Source of the DNA: Acidimicrobiia bacterium
GTDB lineage: Bacteria; Actinomycetota; Acidimicrobiia; Spongiisociales; UBA11373
Direction of reading: 5' to 3'
Length of the DNA: 64,000 bases
Assembly (NCBI GenBank): GCA_040878325.1
Contig: JBBDMM010000018.1
Location: forward strand, 1-64,000
Shown here: positions 56,601-64,000 of the stretch, in pieces
How the letters are laid out: the number at the start of each line of letters is the position of its first letter
Position numbering within the stretch: the stretch's first letter is position 1
Position numbers and translations under genes: made by a program
The notes under the pieces: generated by a model
What the model saw: only the letters and a program-made list of their open reading frames with translations
Databases searched by the model: none
Told to the model about the DNA's origin: nothing

Positions 56601-57066
56601 CAGGCATGCGTTCGACGACATCGCGGCCAAGTTCGCCGAGAACTTCTCGGTGCTGTTCCCCGGTGGCACTGGCCGCCTCGAACTCACCCACCCCGACGAT
56701 CCGCTCGAGACGGGTGTGGAGATCCACGCCCAGCCGATGGGCAAGAAGGTGGGGCGCCTCACCCTGCTCTCGGGCGGCGAGCGATCGCTGGCCGCCCTCG
56801 CCTTTCTGTTCGGGGTGTTCCGCTCGCGGCCCAGCCCCTTCTACGTCCTCGACGAGGTCGAGGCGGCACTCGATGACGCCAACTTGCGACGGTTCATCAG
56901 GCTCGTCGACACGCTTCGTGACACTTCGCAGTTGGTGATCATCACCCACCAGCAGCAGACGATGGAAGCGGCCGACATCCTGTATGGCGTCACCATGGAG
57001 CCCGGCGAGACCTCGCGAGTACTGGCCAAACGCATGACCGTTGCGGCAAAGGCAACCTCGAACTGA
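53617..57066 (+). CDS. smc: Chromosome segregation protein SMC
   Basis: GFKSF, GPNGSGKSN, hinge, LSGGE, LDEVEAALD, ITH. Confidence 0.96.
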   Translation: MHLKTLTLVGFKSFAERTRIECEPGVTVVVGPNGSGKSNLVDAIAWAMGTQATTSLRTSKMEDVIFAGTAIRSALGRAEVSLTFDNSSGRLELDMADVTVTRRLFRDGTSEYEINGAPCRLLDIQELLSDSGVGRHQHVLVGQGRIDSVLNASPEEHRAVIEEAAGVVKHRARRDRAMRRLEATDIDLSRLRDLLNEQQKRIKPLKRQASAAARHDEVRNAWRSVRLWVGGERLRDARTRLQELSTTETENRKSLDASVAEREHIVASLGDLQAAAGETGEALDRDTAAAGRLETSAERFHRIALVARERRIALEATMTGVDTRRRDLTAEHDDLASRIAATRTEETGAGETADRAEMMFRSLEEEERSLADADRLPAEGAAASMRGDLAALEAAAIRDERESAELAQRRGGVAAIVDEEGRELDRLRGEAGELSAERSRLAREHESAGIAAERDRVDFAAAEDAHRAVETVLAAARARVEALEAAGAGLADPETRERAAALEGVMGTIAARLDVPGRLIAAVATALGPWSDAFVTRDVAGVASAAGALKSEGRGGVAFVSGTGDGKVPAREAAVSGGGHAIVDLLGPGADRVLAGSLLGDVVLVEGWVQARAIVAAYPGVRVVTPEGDLVTSVGIVAAHPDGVGPAAIEAARVAAERAETDAARAASRQTTALRARQASTAREAEAAAASNAMERRVAAIEETLALLERSRAERQAELDRLDARARAIAEAASGRSERIVRMRSRVDDLEGDDSVRQAAWDDIARRREEIAGRRDDARKRREEAAAVLAAAAERRSLLETRLAEVAGALAGGEPVVDTGRVTLLARVEDHARRAGEAVRSHLGAIRERQRLLRSEAGEAGSRLDKARERREALNSIIESARESLSAVGVEAAELRVRDESISEGLRRDIDASEEEALGAPRPEIPEGVEPEAHADSLHATLRRLGPINQLAAAEYRELSERVEFMDGQLADLEESRSELRKVIKALDEEIGRLFRHAFDDIAAKFAENFSVLFPGGTGRLELTHPDDPLETGVEIHAQPMGKKVGRLTLLSGGERSLAALAFLFGVFRSRPSPFYVLDEVEAALDDANLRRFIRLVDTLRDTSQLVIITHQQQTMEAADILYGVTMEPGETSRVLAKRMTVAAKATSN

Positions 57067-57126
57067 TCGACTCGATGGCTTCGGGCGCCCGGGCTCGTCT
57101 GTCGACCCCGTAACTACCGTGTGGGC

Positions 57127-58107
57127 ATGGACCCGATTCTGACGGTTGCCGCGGTTGTCGCCGCCCTCGTCATCGGGGTCGTCGTCTGGCGATGGCGATT
57201 CCGCCGGGAGTCACCCCAGATCCGTCGAGTCACTCCGACGGTCGATCGCCCCCCCGCCATCCGCGGTTTCGGGGGGCGGCTCGGCGGTCTCTTCGGGAGA
57301 GGCATCGACGACGCCTTCTGGGCCGGGGTCGAGGAGACGCTGATCGAGGCCGATGTCGGGGTGGCATCTTCTGTGGGGATCGTGGAGAGGGTCCGCAATC
57401 AAGGGGTGTCGACGCCTGAGGAGGCGCGGGCAGCGCTGCGGCGCGAGTTGATCGCCGCCTTCGCCGACCGGGATCGGAGCCTCACCCTGGAGGGAAGCCC
57501 GGCGGTGATCGTCGTCGTCGGCGTGAACGGCTCGGGCAAGACCACGACGATCGCCAAGATTGCCTCCCTCCTGCAAAGCGAGGGGAAATCGGTGCTGTTG
57601 GGGGCGGCCGACACTTTCCGCGCCGCGGCCGCAGAGCAGCTGAAGCAGTGGGGTGCTCGCCTCGGGGTCGACGTGGTCGCCGGCCAGGAGGGCGCCGACC
57701 CGGCCTCGGTGGCGTTCGATGCACGCTCGGCGGCGGCGGCCCGTGGAATCGACGTCGTCATCATCGACACCGCCGGCCGGCTCCACTCGAAGCGGAATCT
57801 CATGGACGAACTCGGCAAGGTCGTCCGGATCCTTGGACGCGATGGGCCGGTCTCAGAGGTGCTGCTGGTGCTCGACGGCACCGCGGGCCAGAACGGCATC
57901 GTCCAAACCAAGGCGTTCGTCGGGTCTGTCGGGGTGACCGGGGTCATCCTCACCAAACTGGACGGCACCGCCCGAGGCGGCATCGCGGTCGCCGTCGAAC
58001 GCGAGTTGGGGGTGCCGGTGAAGCTGCTCGGAGTGGGCGAGGGTCCCGGTGACCTGCTTCACTTTCAAGGAGAGCGATTCGTCGACGCGCTGATGGAGGA
58101 AGAGTGA
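57127..58107 (+). CDS. ftsY: SRP receptor FtsY
   Basis: GVNGSGKTTT, DTFRAAA, DTAGR, TKLDG. Confidence 0.97.
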   Translation: MDPILTVAAVVAALVIGVVVWRWRFRRESPQIRRVTPTVDRPPAIRGFGGRLGGLFGRGIDDAFWAGVEETLIEADVGVASSVGIVERVRNQGVSTPEEARAALRRELIAAFADRDRSLTLEGSPAVIVVVGVNGSGKTTTIAKIASLLQSEGKSVLLGAADTFRAAAAEQLKQWGARLGVDVVAGQEGADPASVAFDARSAAAARGIDVVIIDTAGRLHSKRNLMDELGKVVRILGRDGPVSEVLLVLDGTAGQNGIVQTKAFVGSVGVTGVILTKLDGTARGGIAVAVERELGVPVKLLGVGEGPGDLLHFQGERFVDALMEEE

Positions 58108-58490
58108 GCACGAACGAGGAATTGATCTCCGAAGCGCGTAAAGCTGCGGAGCACGCGTACGCCCCTTATTCGAAATACCGGGTGGGGGCGGTGGTGGTGG
58201 CAGCCGACGGCACCCATTACTCCGGAGCCAATGTCGAGAACAGCGCCTACGGCTCCGGAATCTGCGCGGAAGGATCGGCGATCGCTCGAGCCTCCTCGGC
58301 GGGAGTTCGCAAGATCGACACCGTCGCCGTCTCCTGCCTCGACGGCGGCGACACCCCCGGCTACCCCTGCGGCAACTGCCGCCAGTTGATGGTCGAATTC
58401 GACGTCGACCGCGTCATCGTCGACGGACTTGCGAAGGGCCCCATCGAGCACACCAGGGAGGAACTGATCCCCCACGGGTTCAGGCTCTAG
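58104..58490 (+). CDS. cdd: Cytidine deaminase
   Basis: AYAPYS..VGA, NVEN, CAE, PCG.CRQ. Confidence 0.95.
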   Translation: MSTNEELISEARKAAEHAYAPYSKYRVGAVVVAADGTHYSGANVENSAYGSGICAEGSAIARASSAGVRKIDTVAVSCLDGGDTPGYPCGNCRQLMVEFDVDRVIVDGLAKGPIEHTREELIPHGFRL

Positions 58491-58580
58491 ACCCGCAGGC
58501 GTCAGCCGGCAGGTCGCAAGTGGGGGTCGATTCGCGAAATCCTTCCTTCATGTCTGGGGCGCTGACGCCGATACGGGTGC

Positions 58581-58841
58581 GTGACCACGCAGACATCACA
58601 TCACGCCGATTGGAAAGTCACCACCTCGTACCGGGTGCTGGTGAAGGTCGGCTGGGGGGCTGTCGTCCTCGCCGTCTACTTCGCCGCTGCCGCCCTTATC
58701 CTTCAGTCCGTCACCGCGTGGTGGGCCGTGGCCGCCCTGGCCGGTGGGGCGATCATGGTCGGAGTGATGCTTCCCGAGCCCGTGCCGCGCGACATGCTCA
58801 ACAGCCATCGCACCCACGTGGACCCGCTACAGCGTAGGTAG
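58581..58841 (+). CDS. Small two-TM hypothetical protein
   Basis: Two hydrophobic segments; fills the gap. Confidence 0.55.
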   Translation: MTTQTSHHADWKVTTSYRVLVKVGWGAVVLAVYFAAAALILQSVTAWWAVAALAGGAIMVGVMLPEPVPRDMLNSHRTHVDPLQRR

Positions 58842-58867
58842 CCGAAGAGGTCGCAGGCTCTTGGCTC

Positions 58868-58908
58868 TGACTGGAGACTGGCGACTGGCGACTGGCGACT
58901 GGCGACTA
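58868..58908. repeat. Heptamer repeat (GACTGG[C/A]) x5-6
   Basis: Seen directly. Confidence 0.9.
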
Positions 58909-59850
58909 CTTAGCTTTCAGCGCCTCGATCAGCTTGGGGAGCACCTTGTGGACGTCTCCGACGATCCCGAGGTCGGCGACTCCGAAGATCGGCGCCTCCT
59001 CGTCCTTGTTGATGGCGATGATCGTGGTCGAATCCTTCATCCCCACCAGGTGCTGCATCGCCCCGCTGATTCCGCAGGCGATGTAGACGGTCGGCTTCAC
59101 GATCTTGCCCGTCTGGCCCACCTGCATCGCGTAAGGCACCCAGCCCGAGTCGACGATTGCCCGGGTCGCCCCGGTGGCGGCGCCGAGCAGGCTGGCGAGT
59201 TCCTCGATCATGCCGAACTTCTCGGCCGAGCCGAGGCCGCGGCCCCCGGAGACGATGACGCTCGCCTCGGACAGTTTGGGGCCTTGTGCCGGCTCTTCGT
59301 GCCGCTCGACGATGGTCGCCGATCCGGCGTGGCCGAGGTCGGGCATCGGCACCGCAATCACCTCGGGAGTGCCCCCCGACCCTGACTCGGCAACGAACGA
59401 CTTGGGGCGAACCACCACGAGGTGAGGCCCGCCACCGGTGAAGAGGGTCTCCACCAGAGTGGTGCCGCCGAGGATCTCGTTCACCGCCGACACGCCATCG
59501 CCCACGACGATGTCGACCGCGTTCGAGAGGACGGGTACCCCGAGTCGGGCGCTCAGCCTTCCGGCGACGTCACGGTCCGTGGGGGCGAGGCCGAAGAGCA
59601 CGAGGTCGCCGGCACCAACGAGGTCGGCGAGGGCGGCAGCGGCCGCGGCGGAAGGAAGGGCGTTTCCCGGGTCGAGGTGATGGACGGTGGCGGCCCCGTG
59701 CGAGCCGAGGGCCGACCAGATCGAATCCGACCCGGGACCGACGAAGAACGCCGCGACATCGCCGCCAAGTGATCGAGCCTTGGTGAGCATCTCGAGTGCG
59801 ATCGACGCCGGCGACCCGCCTGCATCTTCGGCGAATACCCAGATCTTCAT
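58906..59850 (-). CDS. etfA: Electron transfer flavoprotein alpha subunit
   Basis: VSGGRG, QVGQTGK.V.P..YIA.GISGA.QH..G, INKD..APIF; start ATG 59850. Confidence 0.96.
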   Translation of the reverse strand: MKIWVFAEDAGGSPASIALEMLTKARSLGGDVAAFFVGPGSDSIWSALGSHGAATVHHLDPGNALPSAAAAAALADLVGAGDLVLFGLAPTDRDVAGRLSARLGVPVLSNAVDIVVGDGVSAVNEILGGTTLVETLFTGGGPHLVVVRPKSFVAESGSGGTPEVIAVPMPDLGHAGSATIVERHEEPAQGPKLSEASVIVSGGRGLGSAEKFGMIEELASLLGAATGATRAIVDSGWVPYAMQVGQTGKIVKPTVYIACGISGAMQHLVGMKDSTTIIAINKDEEAPIFGVADLGIVGDVHKVLPKLIEALKAK

Positions 59851-59851
59851 T

Positions 59852-60622
59852 TCAAACCACCTTCGCCTGCTCGAGGAGTTTGACGATCTCGAGATGCGCC
59901 TCACCGTCATCGACCACCTTGCGGCCGGCGGCCCGCTCCGGTGCGGGCCGCACCGCGCTGATCCGCTGGCCGGAACCTTCGGCGCCCACCGAGTCGACGC
60001 CAAGTTCGGCGGCGGTGGGCTGATCGACCGGCTTTTGTTTCGCCTGCATGATTCCCTTGAAGGTGGGATACCGGGGTTCGACCGCCCCCGCCGTCACCGA
60101 CACGACTGCCGGCAATGGCGCCTCGACGATGTCGTAGCCGGCGGCGGTCTGCCGCTCGATCCGGAGGCGACCGTCGACATGCTCCACCTTGCGGGCGAAG
60201 GTCAACGCCGGCATCCCCAGCAATTCGGCGAGCTGCTGGGGGACGACGCCGGCGTAGCCATCGGTGGACTCGGTGCCGGCGACAACCAGATCGACTTCCT
60301 CGCGCTTGATGGCTGCGGCCAACACTCGAGCGGTGACCAGCGCACCCGAACCACGCAGGGCGGGGTCACTGACGACCACCGCCTTGTCGGCGCCCATCGC
60401 CAGTGCCTGACGAATCCCCTGGAGGTTGCCGGCCGGTGACATCGACACGAGGACGACGCTGCCCTCGGTCGCCTCGGCGAGTTGAAGGCCGACCTCGATC
60501 CCGTAGCGGTCTGTGTCGTCGAGGACCTGGTCCTCGGGTCGGACCACGAAGTGAGTCTCCGGATCCAATTGATACGGCGTCGCCGGATCAGGAATTTGCT
60601 TGACGCACACCGCGATCTTCAA
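59852..60622 (-). CDS. etfB: Electron transfer flavoprotein beta subunit
   Basis: MKIAVCVKQIPD, ALAMGAD, G.ES.D, EPRYP. Confidence 0.96.
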   Translation of the reverse strand: MKIAVCVKQIPDPATPYQLDPETHFVVRPEDQVLDDTDRYGIEVGLQLAEATEGSVVLVSMSPAGNLQGIRQALAMGADKAVVVSDPALRGSGALVTARVLAAAIKREEVDLVVAGTESTDGYAGVVPQQLAELLGMPALTFARKVEHVDGRLRIERQTAAGYDIVEAPLPAVVSVTAGAVEPRYPTFKGIMQAKQKPVDQPTAAELGVDSVGAEGSGQRISAVRPAPERAAGRKVVDDGEAHLEIVKLLEQAKVV

Positions 60623-60860
60623 CAGGACTCCTCAAGCCGCCGGAAGCAGATGTTAGAGGGACCCCGCTTCGCTTCGGCCCGCAGTTCGCAGTCCGCAATC
60701 CGGGGCGGGGGGTGTTGCCGGTTGGTCCGAGCGGCAGTGAAGTCCGACCAAGGCGCCCGAGGGACTCGTTGGGACAAGAGTGGACGGACACATCGTGAGG
60801 CTGCCGCGAGTCAGTCGCGGCAGACTGTCGTATGGATGTGCGTTTCGTTGGCCTTTGAAG

Positions 60861-61334
60861 GTGAGCAAGTTGCGAGACAACACCGAGGAAGCATTCGTGG
60901 CGTTCGTGCGTGCTGTGGAATCCGGCTTGCGTGCTGCGCTGGTGGCACGGCACGGTGCGGACCGCGGCTGGGAGGCGACCAACGACGCGCTGACGTACGG
61001 CTGGCAGCACTGGGATCGGGTTTGCCAGATGCAGAACCCCGCTGGCTACTTGTACCGAGTGGGGCAGCGGAGGGCGAGGCGGCGGCGTCTGCGCCCGGCC
61101 CTGCAGCTCGATGAGCCTGTTCGCTCGGACCCGTGGGTGGAGCCTGGACTCGCAGCGGCGCTTCTCGCGCTGTCGAAACGTCAGAGGCAGGCGGTGATGC
61201 TGATAGAGGCGTATGAGTTCACGTTCCGCGAGGCCGCCGAACTTCTCGGCCTCTCGATCTCCTCAGTACAGACCCACCACGAGCGCGGCCTTTCCCGAAT
61301 GCGAACAGCACTGGGGGTTGAAGCCGATGAGTGA
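60861..61334 (+). CDS. ECF-family RNA polymerase sigma factor (start uncertain)
   Basis: W.RV..M.NP.GYLYR (region 2); LS.RQR.AV.L, E.AELLG.S.SSV..H..RG (region 4). Confidence 0.85.
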   Translation: MSKLRDNTEEAFVAFVRAVESGLRAALVARHGADRGWEATNDALTYGWQHWDRVCQMQNPAGYLYRVGQRRARRRRLRPALQLDEPVRSDPWVEPGLAAALLALSKRQRQAVMLIEAYEFTFREAAELLGLSISSVQTHHERGLSRMRTALGVEADE

Positions 61335-64000
61335 CCTGGGAACCAGTATTCGGCGGCTCGTCGACGAAACAGCCCCACCGATCGATGGAATGGAGATCGT
61401 CCACAGGTCTGACCGGCGAACGGCGCGGCCAGGATGGGCGATCGGGGTCGCGGCCGGATTCGCTGCCCTGGCCTTCGGGCTGCTGACCTTTGCAGTACTC
61501 GGCTGGGGGCGTAACCAGGCAGGGGCAACTCGGATCAGCGCGGCCGATCTGCCCACGGAAGACCTGATCGCGGTCGCCGACCTCCACACGGGGGACGAGC
61601 TGTATCGCGTTCCGGCAGGTCAGTATTCGGTGTTCGTTCGGATACGAGCTGGAGAGCCGACGCTGTTGTTCGGAACGTCATGCGACGTGGTGAGTGCCAC
61701 CCCTCTTCCGGTTGGCTGGGAAGGAATCTGTCTCGAGTACACGAGCGACGGTCGGCGTATCGCCGGCTCGTTCCCACACGGAACGCGAAGTGATGCTTCT
61801 CCGACCTCGACGCAGTCCGCTCACCTTCAGCCATCGGCGCGATGGTCACTCGATGGCATCGGCGTCGCCGACCCCACCAACCTTTTGGGTAGGGGTTCGC
61901 TGGTCCTCCGCGACGGTCCGGTTGTCCTCGTCGCCGATGGGGACGGGGAGACGGTGACGGCCCTCGATACTGCGACCGGTGAGCAGTTGTGGCAGCAGAC
62001 CGTCGACGGCGGGGTCGTGGTATTGCTGGGCACCGCTGCGGACTCGGTAATCGTCGGCGGCTACGGCTTGGTCGTCGCGCTCGATCGCGCCGCGGGTGCC
62101 GAGCAGTGGCGATTCATCGATCCGAGCGGAGCCCTCCGGCCTATGGCCGCGTATGCGGGGGAGTTCGGAATCCACGTCATTCTCGACCGGCCTCACGAGG
62201 GCGACACCGATCCCCCGGTGGTGATGACGTTCGACCGTGTCGACGGCTCGGTGATCTGGTCGAACACACTGGACGGCACCGGCCACCCGGACCTCGAACT
62301 TCAAACCGGTTTCAATAGCAGCCGCCTCATCTTTGATCGACTGTTCGTGAAGACCACGGGCACCCTGCACGCGCTCGACGCCCGCACCGGAGAGATCCTA
62401 TGGATTCATCGCTTCGCCGCCGTGCCGCACGAGAGCCACGGGCCGGCGCCGATCCTTTTCGACGGCGTCGTCCTCTACGTACCCGACCCCAACGGGGAGC
62501 TGGTCGCATTGGAGGCTGACACCGGACAGCAGCGGTGGCGCCTCGAGGTGGAACCCGGCTACGTCGCCCCCGTCTCGAGCGACGGTGGCCTCTTGGTGTT
62601 CGTCGACGGCGCAGGCGTGCACGCCGTCCACTCCGCCACCGGCGACCGAGTGTGGGACCATCCCATCGCCGACACCAGGACTCAGGCCGCCGTCGTCGGT
62701 GACGTCGTGGTCGCGCTGGGCGCACGTCAGCTCATCGGCCTCGACGTCGCCACCGGTGACCCTTTGTGGAGCGCTTCCGTCGACCTCGAAATTGGCTATG
62801 CCGTCCTGGCCGCCGGTGACGTGGCGGTGGCGGCCGCCGAGGACGGCGTGGTCGCGGTCGTGGCAGGCACTGGCGCCATCTTGTGGGAGCTCGACCGCGG
62901 AGTCGCCGAGCCGCCCTTCATCGTCGACGACTCAATACTCCTTGCCCACCCAGACGACCAACGTACGACCGCGCTATATCCGGTCCGGCCGTCAACGACG
63001 ACCTTCGTTTGGCCAATGGGGTGGTCGGAGGCACCTGGCCACACGGTTGCCGGACGCACGTTTCCGACGACCGTCTGGACCGGGAGCGAGTACATCGTCT
63101 GGGGTGGCGAGAAGCCCAGCGACGATTGGCATACGACAGGTGCGGCATTCAGCCCGTCCGTCGGGCGCTGGCGTGACCTCGCACCAAGCCCACTCGCCCC
63201 GAGGAGCCAGCATGCAGCTGTCTGGACCGGCACCGAGGTTCTCATCTGCTGCGGCCGTCAAGTGGGCCCAGGCGCTTCTGCGGGGGCGTACCAACCCGCC
63301 ACCGACGCGTGGCGCACAATCCCTCAGCCTCCGATCTCCCCAAGCTTCGCCGAGGCAGTCTGGACCGGGTCCGAGATGATTGTCTTCGGCGGCGTTAGCC
63401 GCCTAGGGGCAGGCAACCTTCGGGGTGCTGCTGCTTACAACCCCGCCACTGGCACTTGGCGGACGCTCGCCGACCTTCCATATGGCATTGAGCGAGAAGC
63501 CGAGGCGGTGCTCGCCGGAGGCGTCATCTATGCCTGGCCCAGCGCCGGTCGCCCTGACGACGCCACCGCGCCACTCGCCTATCACATCGGCAACGACACG
63601 TGGCAGGTCCTCGCGGTGCCCTCCGAACTCGCCCTTCCTCTCTCGCCGAGCCTCGTGTGGACCGGAAGCGAACTCATTGCCTGGGGCCTCGCCCACGACT
63701 TCGGAGAGAGCTTCGGTGTCGGGGTGGCGTTCGAACCGACCACCGAGACCTGGCGATCCCTACCGCCCACCCCACTTCCAGCGACCAGTGGCTCCGACGG
63801 TAGTCAGGGAAGTCAGGGCGCGGTGTGGACCGGTACACAAATGATCGTCTGGACCGGTTGGATCGGAAGCGAGTGGGACGATCCAACGACCGCGATACTC
63901 GCATATGACCCCGTTGCTGACTCTTGGTCCCCCCTGGAACCTGCGCCAGTTCGTGGCGCAGGTCTGTGGCAGAACCCCCTCATCTGGACCGGCACCCAGC
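61327..64000 (+). CDS. Large single-TM protein with PQQ-like beta-propeller and Kelch repeats, probable anti-sigma partner (3' truncated, not in the ORF track)
   Basis: Frame read from ATG 61327 with no stop seen: MSDLGTSIRR.., TM WAIGVAAGFAALAFGLLTFAVLGW, ALD..TG...W repeats, then VWTG.E..V.GG / AY.P....W repeats. Confidence 0.85.
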   Translation, partial: MSDLGTSIRRLVDETAPPIDGMEIVHRSDRRTARPGWAIGVAAGFAALAFGLLTFAVLGWGRNQAGATRISAADLPTEDLIAVADLHTGDELYRVPAGQYSVFVRIRAGEPTLLFGTSCDVVSATPLPVGWEGICLEYTSDGRRIAGSFPHGTRSDASPTSTQSAHLQPSARWSLDGIGVADPTNLLGRGSLVLRDGPVVLVADGDGETVTALDTATGEQLWQQTVDGGVVVLLGTAADSVIVGGYGLVVALDRAAGAEQWRFIDPSGALRPMAAYAGEFGIHVILDRPHEGDTDPPVVMTFDRVDGSVIWSNTLDGTGHPDLELQTGFNSSRLIFDRLFVKTTGTLHALDARTGEILWIHRFAAVPHESHGPAPILFDGVVLYVPDPNGELVALEADTGQQRWRLEVEPGYVAPVSSDGGLLVFVDGAGVHAVHSATGDRVWDHPIADTRTQAAVVGDVVVALGARQLIGLDVATGDPLWSASVDLEIGYAVLAAGDVAVAAAEDGVVAVVAGTGAILWELDRGVAEPPFIVDDSILLAHPDDQRTTALYPVRPSTTTFVWPMGWSEAPGHTVAGRTFPTTVWTGSEYIVWGGEKPSDDWHTTGAAFSPSVGRWRDLAPSPLAPRSQHAAVWTGTEVLICCGRQVGPGASAGAYQPATDAWRTIPQPPISPSFAEAVWTGSEMIVFGGVSRLGAGNLRGAAAYNPATGTWRTLADLPYGIEREAEAVLAGGVIYAWPSAGRPDDATAPLAYHIGNDTWQVLAVPSELALPLSPSLVWTGSELIAWGLAHDFGESFGVGVAFEPTTETWRSLPPTPLPATSGSDGSQGSQGAVWTGTQMIVWTGWIGSEWDDPTTAILAYDPVADSWSPLEPAPVRGAGLWQNPLIWTGTQ

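Noticed and set aside
57100..57120. PafBC-like motif at ftsY (TGTCGA...TACCGT)
   Set aside because: Spacer is 9 nt rather than 10, and the gene is unrelated to repair

Overview
A GC-rich chromosomal window, most consistent with an Actinomycetota genome, probably Acidimicrobiia-like (inferred from gene content, not verified). About 60 CDS. Main blocks: (i) two FecR-domain lipoproteins plus a CHASE2 adenylate cyclase; (ii) a nurA-herA-sbcD-sbcC operon, adnAB and a stand-alone RecB-family nuclease, each preceded by the same (T/C)GTCA(C/G)-N10-TAnnnT PafBC/RecA-NDp-like promoter; (iii) the housekeeping run ddl, rpmB, fakA, recG, rsmD, coaD, yceD, rpmF, plsX, rnc, mutM, acyP, smc, ftsY, cdd, etfBA; (iv) an ECF sigma factor with a large PQQ/Kelch membrane partner that runs off the window. 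The most striking feature is the ~900 bp gene-free gap at 34580-35492. It holds two tandem units about 420 bp apart, each with a near-identical promoter architecture (CGCGAAA x2, ATAGC, TTGCnC, TAnnGT) and a 240-270 nt stretch folding into stems capped by 13 GNRA or C(UUCG)G tetraloops in total, ending in a shared 3' hairpin. I read these as two candidate structured ncRNAs that I cannot assign to a family I recognise. Intergenic regions also carry a covarying ~100 bp hairpin element (2 copies), REP-like motifs and many heptamer tandem repeats. No tRNA, rRNA, CRISPR array or transposase was seen. All folds and motif matches were done by eye; no searches were run.
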